Assembly (NCBI GenBank): GCA_041742355.1
Contig: JBGSIV010000253.1
Location: forward strand, 1 to 29,898
Direction of reading: 5' to 3'
Source of the DNA: Candidatus Zixiibacteriota bacterium
GTDB lineage: Bacteria > Zixibacteria > MSB-5A5 > GN15 > FEB-12
DNA length: 29,898 bases
The first letter of the stretch is position 1. Each line of letters begins with the position of its first letter. Made by a program: the position numbers and the translations under genes. A model generated the notes under the pieces. The model did not search any database. It was given only the letters and a program-made list of their open reading frames with translations, and was not told the origin of the DNA. Below, piece after piece: positions 29,708-29,898 of this stretch.

Positions 29708-29776
29708 CCGGGGCGGAGACAAGCCCGTGTGTACGAATTTGAGAGTTATCTGTACTCCGTAGGGGGCGGCCTTGCG
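29708..29776. repeat. Degenerate REP plus a GTAG REP half interrupted by an IS
   Basis: CCGGGGCGGAGACAAGCCC (29708-29726) is nearly identical to 25889-25907. GTAGGGGGCGGCCTTGCG (29759-29776) lacks its right arm. Confidence 0.55.
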
Positions 29777-29898
29777 TGTACGGTGTCAAGACATAGTATA
29801 CACTGTGTGTCAGGACATGGTATACATCCTTGGTTGATCAGCCGGGACCAAGAGGGTCACCGACCGGTGGGTCGTCAAGTCGATCTCACGGACGTACA
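29777..29898 (-). mobile_element. Right end of an IS481-family insertion sequence (partial)
   Basis: Terminal TGTAC at 29777. Two 19-bp direct repeats at a 24-bp period: TGTCAAGACATAGTATACA (29784-29802) and TGTCAGGACATGGTATACA (29808-29826). Transposase-like C-terminus on the minus strand. Confidence 0.7.
29810..29896 (-). CDS. C-terminal fragment of a probable IS481-family transposase
   Basis: Minus frame YVREIDLTTHRSVTLLVPADQPRMYTMS* ends inside the terminal repeat, as expected for this family. Only 28 aa are visible. Confidence 0.55.
   Translation of the reverse strand, partial: YVREIDLTTHRSVTLLVPADQPRMYTMS

Noticed and set aside
29777..29898. Complete 122-bp MITE bounded by TGTACG...CGTACA
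   Set aside because: The inverted match is only 6 bp, falls at the window edge and lies within the transposase-like reading frame. A truncated IS is the simpler explanation.

Overview
GC-rich bacterial window. The dockerin-like and FlgD/T9SS-type C-terminal domains on its secreted proteins suggest an FCB-group organism such as candidate division Zixibacteria (inference). In order it contains: the 3' part of an O-antigen ligase, a polytopic membrane protein, a DUF3098 protein, pckA, a PAS-LuxR regulator, a minus-strand run (ino1, tmk, S41 protease, TauE, small membrane protein, MtnX-like HAD phosphatase, NDP-sugar synthase fused to a degenerate phosphomutase), a TetR regulator with a clear operator, csaA, a PfkB kinase resembling myo-inositol kinases, a CDP-alcohol phosphotransferase, two large secreted proteins, an obgE-dprA-HPr-EI-PGI/PMI run, about 1.4 kb of non-coding DNA, a third secreted protein, a DUF1858 protein and the end of an IS481-family element inserted in a REP. 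The most striking item is at 25855-26590: 10 co-oriented copies of a 13-bp motif (KTGGGTTYGTYTS) spaced 51-99 bp apart, each interval carrying its own REP-like hairpin from one of several types. Related hairpins show compensatory base changes, and no cas, integrase or REP-transposase gene is present in the window. The second most notable item is an apparent inositol-lipid module combining de novo synthesis (Ino1), salvage (candidate myo-inositol kinase) and a PIP-synthase-like enzyme.
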